A stretch of 64,000 nucleotides of DNA, taken from NCBI GenBank assembly GCA_043814015.1, contig JBDRKM010000157.1, positions 7,010 through 71,009 on the forward strand, written 5' to 3'. The notes beneath the pieces are model-generated. The model did no database searches, had not been told where the DNA came from, and was given only the letters and a program-made list of their open reading frames with translations. Of the stretch, positions 1-11,281 are shown in pieces. A program made the translations under genes and the position numbers. The DNA is from Pseudomonadota bacterium (GTDB lineage: Bacteria > Myxococcota_A > UBA796 > JAFGLY01). How positions within the stretch are numbered: position 1 is the stretch's first letter; each line of letters begins with the position of its first letter.

Positions 1-2
1 TC

Positions 3-3000
3 ATCACCTCGCATGCCGACGGAGACGCGCTGCTCGAGGGCGACGCGGCCACCTTCGTCGGCATCGTGAGCGATCCAGACCACCCCGCCGAGGAGCTGAT
101 GGCCACCTGGCGGCTCGGCGGCGCGGAGATCTGCCCGGCCACCGTGCCCGGCGCCCAGGGGTTGACCTCCTGCGAGGCCACCGTGGGCCTGGACGACACC
201 TCCCTGGTGCTCGAGGTGCTCGATCCCCTCGGAGCCGCGGGCGCCGCGGTGCTGAGCCTGCAGATCGAGCCCACCGACGCCCCCGTGGTGAGCATCACGG
301 CGCCCGAGCCCTCCGCGGTCTACTACAGCGACCAGCTCATCCCCTTCGAGGGGCGGGTGTCCGACGCGGAGGACGCCGCCGACACCCTGGTGGTCTGGTG
401 GGAGAGCAGCCTGGAGGATCTCTCGGCGGTGAGCGCCGAGCCCACCTCGAGCGGTGAGGTCCTGGGCACGGGCTACCTGGGCGAGGGCGAGCACGCCATC
501 ACGCTGCACGCCCAGGACAGCACGGGCAAGACCGGCAGCGACAGCGTGGTGATCACGGTCGGGCCGCCCAACAGCGCGCCGGCCTGCGCCATCTTGGCCC
601 CCGAGAGCGGCGCGGCGGGCGATGAGGGCGCCATGGTCACCTTCGAGGCGCTGGTCACGGACGCCGACGTGCCCTCCGACCTGCTCGAGGTGAGCTGGAC
701 CAGCGACAAGGACGGCGAGCTCGGCCAGAGCACGCCCAACACGGATGGGACGGTCACCTTCCCCTACGGCGATCTCTCCGTGAACACCCACGTGGTGTCC
801 CTGTCCGTCCGGGACGAGGTGGGCGCCGTCTGCACCGACTCGGTGCTCTACACCGTGGGCACCCCTCCCACCGTGACCCTCGGCGCGCCCGGCGCCGGGG
901 AGGTCTTCGCCGAGGGGGCGGCCATCGCCTTCTCCGCCCAGGTGGCGGACAGCGAGGACAGCCCCACGGCCCTGGCGCTGAGCTGGAGCAGCGATCTGGA
1001 CGGCGTGTTCTCCACCCAGGGCGCCGACAGCTCCGGGCTGGCCCAGTTCACCAGCCGCGCGCTGAGCGCCGGCGGGCACACCCTCACCCTCACCGTCACC
1101 GACAGCGCGGGGCTGTACGCCAACGCCATGACCACCTTCACGGTCAACGCCCTGCCCACGGCCCCCACCGTCAGCATCAGCCCCGATCCGGCCACCACCT
1201 CCGACACCCTGGTGGCCCGCGCCTCGGGCTCGGTGGACCCCGACGGCAGCGGCACCGTGACCTACCGCTACGCCTGGTACGAGGCGGGCGCGCTCTCCAC
1301 GGCCAGCACCGGCGCCACCTTCCCGGCCAGCGCCACCACCCGCGGGCTCGACTACCGGGTGGTGGTGACCCCGAGCGACGGCCTCTCCGACGGCACGCCG
1401 GGCGAGGCCTCCGTCTCCATCGACAACAGCGATCCGGTGCTCGCCACGCCCGTCATCAGCCCCGCCACCGGGATCACCAACACCACCACGCTGACCTGCA
1501 GCGCCGCCGCCACCGACGCCGACGGCGACATCCCTACCGTCACCTACGCCTGGGACAACGGGGGCAGCGCCCTGGGTACGGGCGCGAGCCTCACCCTGCG
1601 CGCCAGCACGGCCACCCCCGGTGACGTCATCTCCTGCACGGCCACGGCCACCGACGACTGGCACGCCACGGCCAGCGCCGGCGCCTCGGTCACGGTGGAC
1701 AACAGCGCGCCCAGCGTCAGCGGCGTCACCATCAACCCCGGCAGCGGGGTGACCACCGCCAGCACGCTGACCTGCAGCGCCACCGCCAGCGATCCCGACG
1801 GCGACGCCACCACCCTCACCTACACCTGGAGCACGGGCACCACCGCCCTGGGCAGCGGCGCCAGCCTCACCCTGAGCCCCAGCACGGTCTCACCGGGCGA
1901 CAGCGTGACCTGCACCGCCACCGCCACGGACACCGGCGGCGCCACGGGCAGCGCCAGCGCCGGTGTCACCGTGGGCAACCGCGATCCGGTGGTGGCCGGC
2001 GTGCTCATCAGCCCCGCGAGCGGGGTCAGCACCTCCACCACCCTGACCTGCAGCGCCACGGCCACGGACCCGGACGGCGGCACGCCCACCCTCAGCTACG
2101 CCTGGAGCGCGGGTGCCGCGGCCCTGGGCAGCGGCGCGAGCCTCACCCGAGCCCGAGCACGGTCTCACCGGGCGACACGGTGACCTGCACCGCCACCGCC
2201 ACCGACGCGGACGGCGGCAGCGGCAGCGGCTCGGCCAGCGTCTCCGTGGAGAACAGCGCTCCCAGCGTGGCCTCGGTCAGCATCAGCCCCAGCCCGGCCT
2301 ACGCCGCCGACACCCTGACCTGCGCCTGGAGCGGCTTCTTGGACCCGGACGGCGACGCGGACGCCAGCAGCGCCGCCTGGACCGTGGGGGGCGTCGCGAC
2401 GGGCAGCGGCACCACCCTCTCCGGGGCCTTCTCCGGGGGTGATCTCGTGGTCTGCACCGTCACCCCCTCGGACGGCGCGGACTCGGGCACGCCCGTCTCG
2501 GGCAGCCTGGTGATCTCCAACACTCCGCCCGTGCTCGACGACGTCACGCTCGGCCCCGATCCCGCCTTCGAGGGCGACACCCTGACCTGCACCCCCGGCC
2601 TCTACGCCGACGACGACGGCGACTCGGCCACCTTCAGCTACGTCTGGGACGTGGCCGGGGTTGACCCGGGGGTCTACGGCGCCACCCTCTCCTCGGCCTA
2701 CTTCGACCGCGACGAGCTGGTGGTCTGCGGGGTCACCCCCAACGACGGCACCGACGACGGCGCCATGGTGGCCTCCAACCGGGTCACCATCTCCAACTCG
2801 CCGCCCAGCATCGCAGCCGTGACCATCAGCCCGGCCAGCCCCACGGCCGGCGACACCTTGACCTGCAGCGCCAGCGGCTACGCCGACGCCGACGGCGATC
2901 CCGACACCAGCACCTTCGCCTGGACCGTGGGCGGCGCGGCCGCGGGCACGGGCGCCACCCTGGCGGGCGTCTTCTCCGCGGGTGACACGGTCGTCTGCAT

Positions 3001-4186
3001 CGTCACCCCCGACGACGGCACCGACACGGGTACAACCGTCTCCACCAGCGTCACCATCGGCAACCAGCCCCCCGAGATCGACAGCGTCTCCCTCAGCCCG
3101 GCCAGCCCCACCACCGGCGGGGTGATCACCGCCACCGCCACCGCCCACGACGACGACGGCGACAGCGTCACCATCGCCTACGCCTGGTACGTGGACGGCG
3201 CCCTGGTGGCCGCCACCGGCGGCAGCCTCGATGGTTCGGTCTGGTTCGACAAGGGCCAGCAGGTCCACGTGGAGGTGACCCCCCACGACGGCACCGAGGA
3301 CGGCCCGAGCCTGGCTTCGAGCGCCGTGACCGTCGCCAACACCCCGCCCGGAGCGCCGGTGGTCTCCATCGATCCTGGCTCCCCCTCGGCCGGGGTGGAC
3401 GACCTCATCTGCCAGGTGGACACGGCCTCCTCGGACGCCGACGGGGACAGCGTCTCCTACAGCATGGCCTGGACCGTGGACGGGGTGGCCTACGCCGCGG
3501 GCGGCAGCGCCGACACCGGCGACACCGCGGGCTGGGTTGGCCCGACCACGGGCTCCTGGACCGACGACACCGTCCCGGCCGACGACACGCTCTCGGGCGA
3601 GGTCTGGGTCTGCACCGCGACCCCCCACGACGGCGACGACGCGGGGGCCACCGCCCAGGCCAGCGTGACCATCGCCTCCTCGGCCTGGTCCGGCGTGATC
3701 GAGATGCCCGCGACCGGCACGGTGGATGGTTTCAACCACGGAGAGTGGTCGGCGCTGAACAGTGGCGGCCGGGTGGCCTCGCGCGTCGTGCTCACCGCGG
3801 CCTGCGCCAACCCCATCCTCGCGTTCTACCAGCACGCCACCGCCGACACCTCCATCCACGGCTCCTACTACGTGATGGACGCCTCCGGCACCGTCCTGTC
3901 GTACACGCCGTTTGCCTACTACTCGGGCTGCCGCGACTGCTGGCTGCCCCACCCCACGCGTCTGTCCGTGACCATGAACGCGGGCACGACCTACTACCTG
4001 GGCTTCCAGAACGGCACGGGGCTCGGCGACATGTCCGGCCCCTCCATCTACCTGGACGCCAGCGCGCGCACCGTCGGCATCGCCACCATCGACGGCCCCC
4101 GGGCCGACAAGCCCGGCGCCGACATCCGCGGCCTGGCCACCACCTCCGTGAGTTGGCAGAACCGCTGGCGCATCGACTGCGAGTGA
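3..4186 (+). CDS. Large Ig-like/PKD-type repeat surface protein (5' end outside window), split by a 1-nt frameshift near 2148
   Basis: Frame is open from position 3 into ORF 66..2183 and continues in ORF 2180..4186. About 92-aa repeats (TLTCSATATDxDGxxxTxxYxW...CTATATD). Repeat copy 2 reads CTCACCCTGAGC while copy 3 reads CTCACCCGAGC, so one T is missing. Confidence 0.85.
1430..2270 (+). repeat. Three near-tandem 276-bp coding repeats (Ig-like units)
   Basis: CTGACCTGCAGCGCC recurs at about 1491, 1767 and 2043. Confidence 0.8.
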
Positions 4187-4198
4187 GCCGGCCGCGGA

Positions 4199-4298
4199 TC
4201 AGGGAGGCGACAGGACCTCCACGCCGGTCGCCCTGGCCGCTCTCAGCAGCGCGGTCTCGACCGTCGCGAGCGGCAGGGCCTCGCTCATGGCCAGGGCA
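4199..4298 (-). pseudogene. C-terminal remnant of a PIN/VapC-like toxin
   Basis: Minus strand reads ALAMSEALPLATVETALLRAARATGVEVLSPP*, resembling the VapC C-terminus (LA....LPLATLD..L..AA...GV). No N-terminal part is present. Confidence 0.5.
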
Positions 4299-4475
4299 GG
4301 TGGCAACGACGGAGCACCAAAAAGGGGGGGAGCCGTGGGGGTGCTGGGCCGCGGGAGCCTGCGCCGCGGACCCTTCCGTCGACCCGGATGGGGTCGATCC
4401 CATGAACGGAACCAGGCCAGCACCTTAGTTATCATACAAAGCCGTGTTTTGCGAGCTGCCCTGGGTTGTACCGGG

Positions 4476-4503
4476 TTGGACTGGGCTGAAAGTGTGGTAG
4501 TTT
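4476..4503 (+). promoter_or_regulatory. Candidate sigma70-type promoter
   Basis: TTGGAC-16 nt-TAGTTT with an extended -10 TG, in an AT-richer intergenic stretch upstream of GGAG RBS and ATG 4532. Confidence 0.35.
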
Positions 4504-4531
4504 CCCCGAACACCCCTACGGAGAAACACCT

Positions 4532-6085
4532 ATGCAGACCCGCTCGCTCGCCCTGATCGCCCTCGCCCAGCTCCTGCCCCTCGCCGCCGGCTGCGGCGAT
4601 GACACCGACACCGACGCCGTCTGGCAGGAGGGCTACGACGAGGGCTACGCCGCCGGCAAGGATGAGGTCGATGATCTCGCGGTCACGGTGGCCGCGCTGC
4701 AGGCGGCGCTGGAGGCCCTGCAGGCCGAGGTCGCCGCGAACGGCGCGGCGGACCTGGAGCAGCAGGCCGAGATCGATGAGATCCAGGCCGACTACCTCAC
4801 CAGCGCGGATCTGGCCGGGATCGCCACCGAGGCGTGGGTCCAGGAGCAGGCGTACCTGACCGCCGCGGATCTCGTGGGCTACGCCACCGAGGCCTGGGTC
4901 GCCGGGCAGGGCTACCTCACCAGCACCGACCTGCTCACCTACGCCACCCAGGCCTGGGTCGTGGACCGCGGGTTCGCCAGCGAGTTCGACCTCGACCTGG
5001 TCGATGGGCGGGTCGCCTATATCGAGGCGGACTACCTGACCAGCGCCGATCTTACGGGCCTCGCCACCGAGACCTGGGTCGAGGGCCAGGGCTACGCCCT
5101 GGACGCGGATCTCGACCTCGTGGAGGGCCGGGTGGACGCCCTGGAGGACGAGCTCGGCGCGCTGGATCTGGATGCCTTCGTGCAGCTCATCGACACCGAC
5201 ACCACCATCGCGGTCACCACCGCGGCGGAGCTCTCGGCCGCCATCGCGGATCTCGACGGCTACCTCATCGCCGCCGACGCCACCGTGACCATCGAGTTGG
5301 CCGCGGGCACCTACGCCTTCTCCTCGCCGCTGTACTTCTCCCACCCCAGCGGCGACCGCGTGGTGATCCAGGGCGCGGATGCCAGCACCACCATCCTCTA
5401 CTTCCCCAGCAGCGACGGCCTCGTGGTCGAGGGCGGAGCGACGCTCGGGTACGTTTCGGACGTGACGGTGATGGGGGCGGATGCGAGCGGGCAGGATGGC
5501 GTCGTGGTGACGGACGGGAGTGTGCTAGGGCTCGGCGTGGTCACGGTGCGGAACTTCGGGGCGGATTGCGTGACGGCGTTGTACGGTTCGACCCTCTTCG
5601 CGGACGAGGGCCTCGTCGTCTCGGACTGCGGGGACGATGGCATCGTGGTGGACTCCAACTCGTTCGCGATCGCAAGCTACGCCACGGTGTCCAGGTGCGG
5701 TGACGACGGGTTCATTTCCGGTGCCGGTGCCGCGATCCACGCGGGATACTCGACATCCACGGACAACGGAGACGAGGGATACTACGCTATATATAGCAGT
5801 GCCATCTACGCGGATAACGGAGAGGCGTCGGGTAACGGAGGCGCAGGGTATTACACCTACAAAGGTTCGCTCATTTCCGCGAATGGTGTGACATCCACTG
5901 GCAACGCGATTGGGTTCTACGCGTCGGTGGGTGGTTACATCCACGCCGGCTCCAGCACCGCGTCGTCCAACTCCAGCTACGACTACTACACCGCCGGTAA
6001 CTCCTTCATCAACGCGGACTCCGCCACCGGCACGACCAAAGCGACATCCAGCAACGACACCACCGATTGGGTCTACGGCAAGTAG
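4532..6085 (+). CDS. Lipoprotein with coiled coil, 20-aa YLTxxDLxxYATEAWV repeats and C-terminal right-handed beta-helix
   Basis: Signal ending LAAGC; heptad coil; repeats; C-terminal (S/N)xGxxG(F/Y/I)-type parallel beta-helix repeats. Confidence 0.8.
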   Translation: MQTRSLALIALAQLLPLAAGCGDDTDTDAVWQEGYDEGYAAGKDEVDDLAVTVAALQAALEALQAEVAANGAADLEQQAEIDEIQADYLTSADLAGIATEAWVQEQAYLTAADLVGYATEAWVAGQGYLTSTDLLTYATQAWVVDRGFASEFDLDLVDGRVAYIEADYLTSADLTGLATETWVEGQGYALDADLDLVEGRVDALEDELGALDLDAFVQLIDTDTTIAVTTAAELSAAIADLDGYLIAADATVTIELAAGTYAFSSPLYFSHPSGDRVVIQGADASTTILYFPSSDGLVVEGGATLGYVSDVTVMGADASGQDGVVVTDGSVLGLGVVTVRNFGADCVTALYGSTLFADEGLVVSDCGDDGIVVDSNSFAIASYATVSRCGDDGFISGAGAAIHAGYSTSTDNGDEGYYAIYSSAIYADNGEASGNGGAGYYTYKGSLISANGVTSTGNAIGFYASVGGYIHAGSSTASSNSSYDYYTAGNSFINADSATGTTKATSSNDTTDWVYGK

Positions 6086-6379
6086 CGCGGGCTGGTCCTG
6101 CTTGGTCAAGCCCCCCGTTTTGCACTACCCCCGCGGGTCAAGCCCCCGAAGATGCCCCATCCCGTGCGGCCTCGGTCGGGTACGTCACCATAGATAGCAC
6201 GTTTTCGCACAGTCAGGCTGGCGGTGCACCCCGTGGGCCGACCCCGATGGGGCAGAAACCGGGGCATGACCTCCGCGGACGGTGCATTCCCGGGGGCATG
6301 ACCCGGGGAGGGCGTGGACAGGCCCGGGAGCAGCCCCCGCGGTGTTCGCGCGGGCACGGGCGGGTGGCCGGTTCGTGGC

Positions 6380-6750
6380 CCCAGGCGCCCGACCCATCGC
6401 GTGGTCGCCTCGCTCAAGGGGTTGAGCCCGGAGGCTGTGGCAGCCATCCGGGTGGCGCTCGCGGCCGCGCGGGACGGTGAGACCGTGGTCCCCGTGGTGC
6501 GCGCGTCGGCGGGGGCGGTCGAGCGGCACCAGGTGATCGACAACCTGCAGTACCTGCCGCCGGCGGTGTTCGCGGCGCTGTGCTCGACGAGTTGCTGGCT
6601 GGGGGCGAGAAGGTAAATCCCAGCTTGGTCATCGAGGCGCTCACGCTGCACCGGTGCGTCGCGCCGGGCTCCAAGCTGGCCGCGTCGAGCTGGTATCCGA
6701 CCACGGCGCTGCCCGAGCTGTTGGGGGTCAAGGCGGGCCAGTCGTTGCTG
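6380..6750 (+). pseudogene. IS1634-like transposase N-terminal fragments
   Basis: Frameshifted pieces RPTHRVVASLKGLSPEAVAAIR... and VIEALTLHRCVAPGSKLAASSWYPTTALPELLG resemble the IS1634 N-terminal R..xPxSKL motif. Confidence 0.55.
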
Positions 6751-6959
6751 GTACCTGATACCTGATACCTGGCCCCTCATGTAGCCACCTGCCCTGTCAA
6801 GGGGCTGGAGTGATCTGTCGTAGTCGTAGGGCCTGTGGGCATGTGGGAAACCCGGAGGGTTTTCCAAGGGCGGTGGGCAACCCGCAGGGTTGTCCATCGA
6901 CCGTCATGTCCACAGGCCGCTGTGGAGGGGGGTCTGGGGGGAGGCGGAAAACCGGGGGT

Positions 6960-7135
6960 TCCCTCGCGCCGGAACCTCATACGTCCAGGGTCGGCTCCAG
7001 GGCCGCCCGCAAGTTCCATCATCCGGGCAGGGAGGGAGCCGGGAGAGGGCCGATTCTCACTCACGAGGTCGCCACCAGGGCGCCTCCAGGGGGCAGGGGC
7101 CTCTCTCCCGGTTCCCGGGGTCGTCTCGTCCAAGA
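6960..7135 (-). ncRNA. Candidate bridge/seekRNA of the IS110 element
   Basis: Two stem-loop modules (outer stem 7039-7047 with 7103-7111), with short sequences matching the flanks and element ends. Boundaries are approximate. Confidence 0.6.
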
Positions 7136-7144
7136 CCGCGTCGG

Positions 7145-8394
7145 TCAGGCGGCATCCCCCCCCTCGAGGGCGTAGCGCCTGGCCTGGAAGTCCACGTCGT
7201 CTCGCACCAGGGCGTGCATGATGCGCAGCAGGCGGCACTGGTTCGCCACGGCGGCCTTCATGGGCTCCACCTCGTGCTCCTCCACCATCCGGCGCCTCGG
7301 TTCGGCGGCACGCCGCCGCCAAGGCGCAGGGCCGCCAGGTAGAGCATCTGGCGCGCGTAGGCGCGGCCACGCCGGCTGATGTGCCGCTTGCCCCGGAGCT
7401 GGCCCGAGGAGATCTCCACCAGGTCCAGGCCCGCCATCTTGATGAGCTGCGCCGCCCGGTCGTAGCCCCGCAGGTCCCCGAACTCCCCCAGCAGCGTGGC
7501 CGTCGTGATCCGGCCCAGGCCAGGGATGCTCAGCAGCCGATGGGCATAGGGCACCGCCGCGAGCTGCCGCAGCATCTCCGCCTCCACCTCCTGGACCTGC
7601 CGCAGCACGTGCCCCAGCTCCTCCACCGCGTGCCGGATGGCCAGCGTGTGCCCCACGCGACCCTCGCGTGTCCCGATGCTCGTCAGCGCCGCCTGCCGTA
7701 GCTGCAGCGCCCGTTCCTGCCCGAGCTGCCCGCGGCTCGCCTGTCGCAGCAGGTCGGTCAGGGCATCGAGCTCCATGGTCAGCACGCCAGAGGGCGTCGG
7801 TGCCTTCCGCAGCAACGCCAATACCGTCGCGCAGATCGTCTTCGCGAACAGCCCCCGCAGCTCCGGAAATACCACGTCCAGGTGGCGGTGCAGGCGGTTC
7901 GTCGCGGCGCTGCGCTGCTTCACCAGCTGCTGCCGTCGGCGGGACAGCACCCGCAGCTCCCCGTACTCCCCGGTCTGCGCCCGCCAGGGCCCGCAGAGTC
8001 CCCGGCGGCACAAATCCGCGATGATCACGGCATCCTTGGCGTCCGTCTTCCGCCGCGTCCCGTCGTACAGTTCCTTCAACCGACTCGTGTGTTGAGGCTC
8101 CACCCGGAAGGTCTCCACCTCCCGCGACAGCAGCCAGCTCACCTGCGGCCAGCCGTAGTGCCCGGTGGGCTCCAGGGCGACCGCGAAGCCCGTCGCCTTG
8201 CTCGCACTCACTGCGCGCTCCGCGTAGGCCAGCAGGCCCAGGAATCCCTCGGCGCTCGTCTTGAAGCGAAGTGGCTTCGCAAGCGTGCCATCGCCCATCT
8301 GGGCGACCGCAACGTTCTCCTCCTTGGCGATGTCCACGCCGATCACGACGCGGTCGGACTGGATGATCGGGCACCGTAGTGTTCTCCTGCGCAT
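7145..8394 (-). CDS. IS110-family DEDD transposase/recombinase (1-nt frameshift near 7308)
   Basis: Motifs GVDIAK, ALEPTGHY, KTDAKDA, SIPGLG, SSGQ..KRHISRRG. The C-terminus KAAVA...LLRIMHALVRD continues in the adjacent frame. GGAGGAG RBS. Confidence 0.9.
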
Positions 8395-8870
8395 GCGCTC
8401 CTCCCTCGGCTCGGGGGCCGGCGGTGGGTGGATCTCACGGCCTGCAGTGGATCACTTCGCCGCCGCCGGGTGGTCGAGCGGGGGGCGGCGCTAGCAAGAT
8501 CTCCGATGCGCCCCCTGCCGTTTGTACCTACACGCCAAGCGCAAGTGGCTGTTTTGTCTCGTTTTTCATTTTTTCGTGGTCAACCTGGGGGCGGGCAGCC
8601 CCCTCTCGAACCTACCAGAAAGCGGGCAGCCCTCCACTGAACCTACCACTTCGGGGCCGCAGCGCGGCCGGGCCAGCCGAAAATCGGCATTTCATGGTCA
8701 GTGCCAGCCCCTCACGGGGGCCGGGTGGTAGGTTCAGCCCCGGCCTGCCCGCAGATCGGTAGGTTCGGCCCGACCCTGGCCGCGCTCGCGCGCCGCATGG
8801 TGCGGCATGGCTGCGCCAGATACGCCCTGAGGCCCCCGAGACGACTCGCGGCCGCCTGGAGCGCAGCCCC

Positions 8871-11280
8871 ATGGAATCACGAGCCCCCGCAGGCCGCATC
8901 ACCGCCGCGCTGCGCTGGCTGGCGGCGCCGCTGGGCTTCGCCGTCACCGCCGTGGTCGCCACCTGGCCCATGGTCACGAAGCTCGGCAGCCACCTGCCCG
9001 GCTACGGCCCCAACACCGACAACCTGTTCCACCTGGTGTTCTCGCGCTGGTTCGCGGTGGCGCTCGGCCACGGCCAGAACCCCTACCATGTCTGGTGGAC
9101 CCTCTTCCCCGCGGGCAGCGACAGCTTCCTGGGCAAGAACGGCACCTGCTTCAACGCCGCGCTCAGCGCCCCGCTGCAGCCTCTCTTCGGCGTGCTGGCC
9201 GCGGTCAACCTCACGGCCATGGGCTTGCTGGCCTTCAACGGCTGGGCCGCTTTCCGGCTGGTCCTCCACCTCACCCGCCACCGCGCCGCCGCCTTCCTGG
9301 CGGGCGTGGTGCTCATGATGGTGCCCTACAACGCCTCCATGCTGGGGGCGCTGAGCTACGACCAGCTCTCGGTGGGCTGGGCGCTGACCTTCCTGCTGTA
9401 CCTGCTGCGCACCGTGGAGGAGCCCGGCTGGCGCGCCCCGGCCCTCGCCGGCCTGTTCTTCTTCCTCACCTGCTTCTCCTTCCTGGGGTACGGGCTGATC
9501 TTCGGCGGCGTGGGCGCCCTCGTGCTCGCCTGGATGCTCATCGCTCGGCGCGCGCGCCCGGATCGCCACCTGCTCGGGCGCCTGGCGCTGGCCGCCCTTC
9601 TCACCGGCGCCCTGTGCGCGCCCCTGGCCCTGGCCTTCAAGCTCAGCGGCGGCGCCTCCTCGGTGGATCCGGCCGCGGCCGGGTCCTTCCCCATCGCCCT
9701 GACCCCGAGCACCGCCACCCTGGCCCGCCACGCCAACCGCATCGTGCTGGAGGGCTCGCTGCGCTGGCGCGATTTGTTGGCTCTGCAGGGGGTGGCCGCC
9801 CTGCTCGCCGCCAGCGGTCTCATCCTCAAGCCGCGCCGTGCCGCCCTGTGGGCCGTGCTGGCCCTGGGCTTCTACGTCCTGGCGCTGGGCCCCTACCTCG
9901 AGGCCGGGGGGCACTGGGTCCCGCTGCCCGGGCTCGTGATCTACCACCTCGGTGGCGTCTTTTCGCGCTTCCGCTTCCCTTTTCGCTTCGTCATCGTCAC
10001 CTGGGTCGCGGTGGCGGTCCTCGCCGGCCTCGGCGCCCGGGCCCTGGCCCAGCGCTGGGCGCGCACCCCCCGGCGGGCCCTCGTGGCCCTGGCCGCCGTG
10101 CTCGCCGCCCTGGCGGTGGAGACCGCCCTGCGCAAGGACAGCCTGCTGCCCATCCCGCACTTCCGCGCGCCCGAGGTGCCGCGCTACTACCGCGAGGTGC
10201 TGGCCCAGCAGCCCCGACGCCGCCGTGCTCTCCGTGCCCCTGCTGTTCGAGAAGCCCAGCAAGGAGGCCGAGCGGGCCTTCCCCGAGCCCATGTGGCACC
10301 CGCTGGAGATGTACTACCAGGTCTACCACGGCCACCGCATGATGGCGGGGCCCGAGACCGCGGTGCAGCCGCCGCCGGTCTTCACCGCGTTCGCGCGGGA
10401 GAGCGCCCTGGTGCGCAACATCACGGCCTGGCAGCAGGCCGCCGACGCCGCCCCCCAGCCCATCCCCGAGCGCGAGCTGCTCGCCCTGGACGAGCTGGGC
10501 TTCGGCTGGGTGGTGCTCAACGAGCGCTGGCTCGCGCGGCCCAACGCCGACGCCCTGCGCGGCTACCTCGAGCAGATCTTCGGCCCCCCCGAGCGCTACG
10601 TGGAGGACGGCATCGCCGTCTGGGACGTGCGCGGCCGCGGGCCCTTGCGCCTGGACGCCAGCTCCGACGACTGGCTCTACCCGCGGAGCCCCGCGGCGGA
10701 GGCCGCCCTGGCCGTGGTCGAGGAGGCGTTCCCCGTGGAACCTGAGGGGCCCGAGCCCTGGGAGGAGGCGGGACGGCTGGCCCTGGCTGCAGGGGAGCCG
10801 GAGAAGGCCGAGCGCTACCTGGCGCGCGCTCTGGAGTTGGGCAGCCGGAATGCCGAGCTCACCGTGCACTGGATGGGCCTCCGCTTCCGTGGGCAGCGTT
10901 GGGACGAGGTCGTGGAGGCCGCGCCGCCCGTGCTCGAGGGCCGCACGCTGGCGGCCCCTTTCGCCGACATCTTCTCGCGCATCGCGGCGGTGCAGATCGC
11001 CACGCATGAGGGCGAGGACCCCGCTGGCTGCCGGGAGTTGGCCGCGGTCTGCTTCCAGGAGCACTGGTGCCGCGAGGCGCTGCCCTGCCTGGAGGCCCTC
11101 CGCGACCGCAGCGCCGCTGAAGAAACCCTCCTTGGCCGAGCCTACGAGGCCCTCGGCTGGCCCTCCCTGGCGCTCGCCGCCTACCGCCGGGCGCTGGCCC
11201 TCGACCCGGCCGTCGAGGTGGACCTCAGCGGCGTTCTCGTGCCGGACACCGTCCACCCTATCGGCGGGCGCCGGCCCTGA
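8871..11280 (+). CDS. Polytopic membrane protein (GT-C glycosyltransferase-like) with C-terminal TPR; 1-nt frameshift at 10212-10215
   Basis: Many TM segments with LALGP and RFPFRF motifs. CAGCAGCCCCGAC has one extra C; removing it joins to AVLSVPL...MYYQVYHGH. C-terminal TPR helices (LGRAYEALG...AYRRALALDP). Confidence 0.7.
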
Positions 11281-11281
11281 G

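Larger units (their letters stand above)
6776..8437 (-). mobile_element. IS110-family (IS1111-type) insertion sequence
   Basis: CTCA at both junctions (6776-6779, 8434-8437); imperfect terminal IRs ATGTAGCCACCTGCC / GGCGGTGGGTGGAT; short upstream end, about 365-nt downstream non-coding end; outward-facing TTGACA (minus strand, 6800-6795). Confidence 0.75.
6113..8589 (+). mobile_element. Degenerate IS1634-like element, internally deleted and interrupted by an IS110-family element
   Basis: Left end CCCGTTTTGCACTAC (~6114) and imperfect inverted counterpart GTGGTCAACCTGGG (~8576-8589), with transposase fragments between. No clear target duplication. Confidence 0.45.

Noticed and set aside
5435-5945. 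DGR variable region
   Set aside because: No reverse transcriptase or template repeat in the window, and the segment is longer than typical. Kept only as a mosaic observation.
2140-10220. Programmed frameshifting or phase variation at about 2148, 7308 and 10213
   Set aside because: Each is a single-base indel in a short C/G context within an otherwise intact gene, with no slippery heptamer or long tract. Sequencing error is more likely; raw reads would decide.
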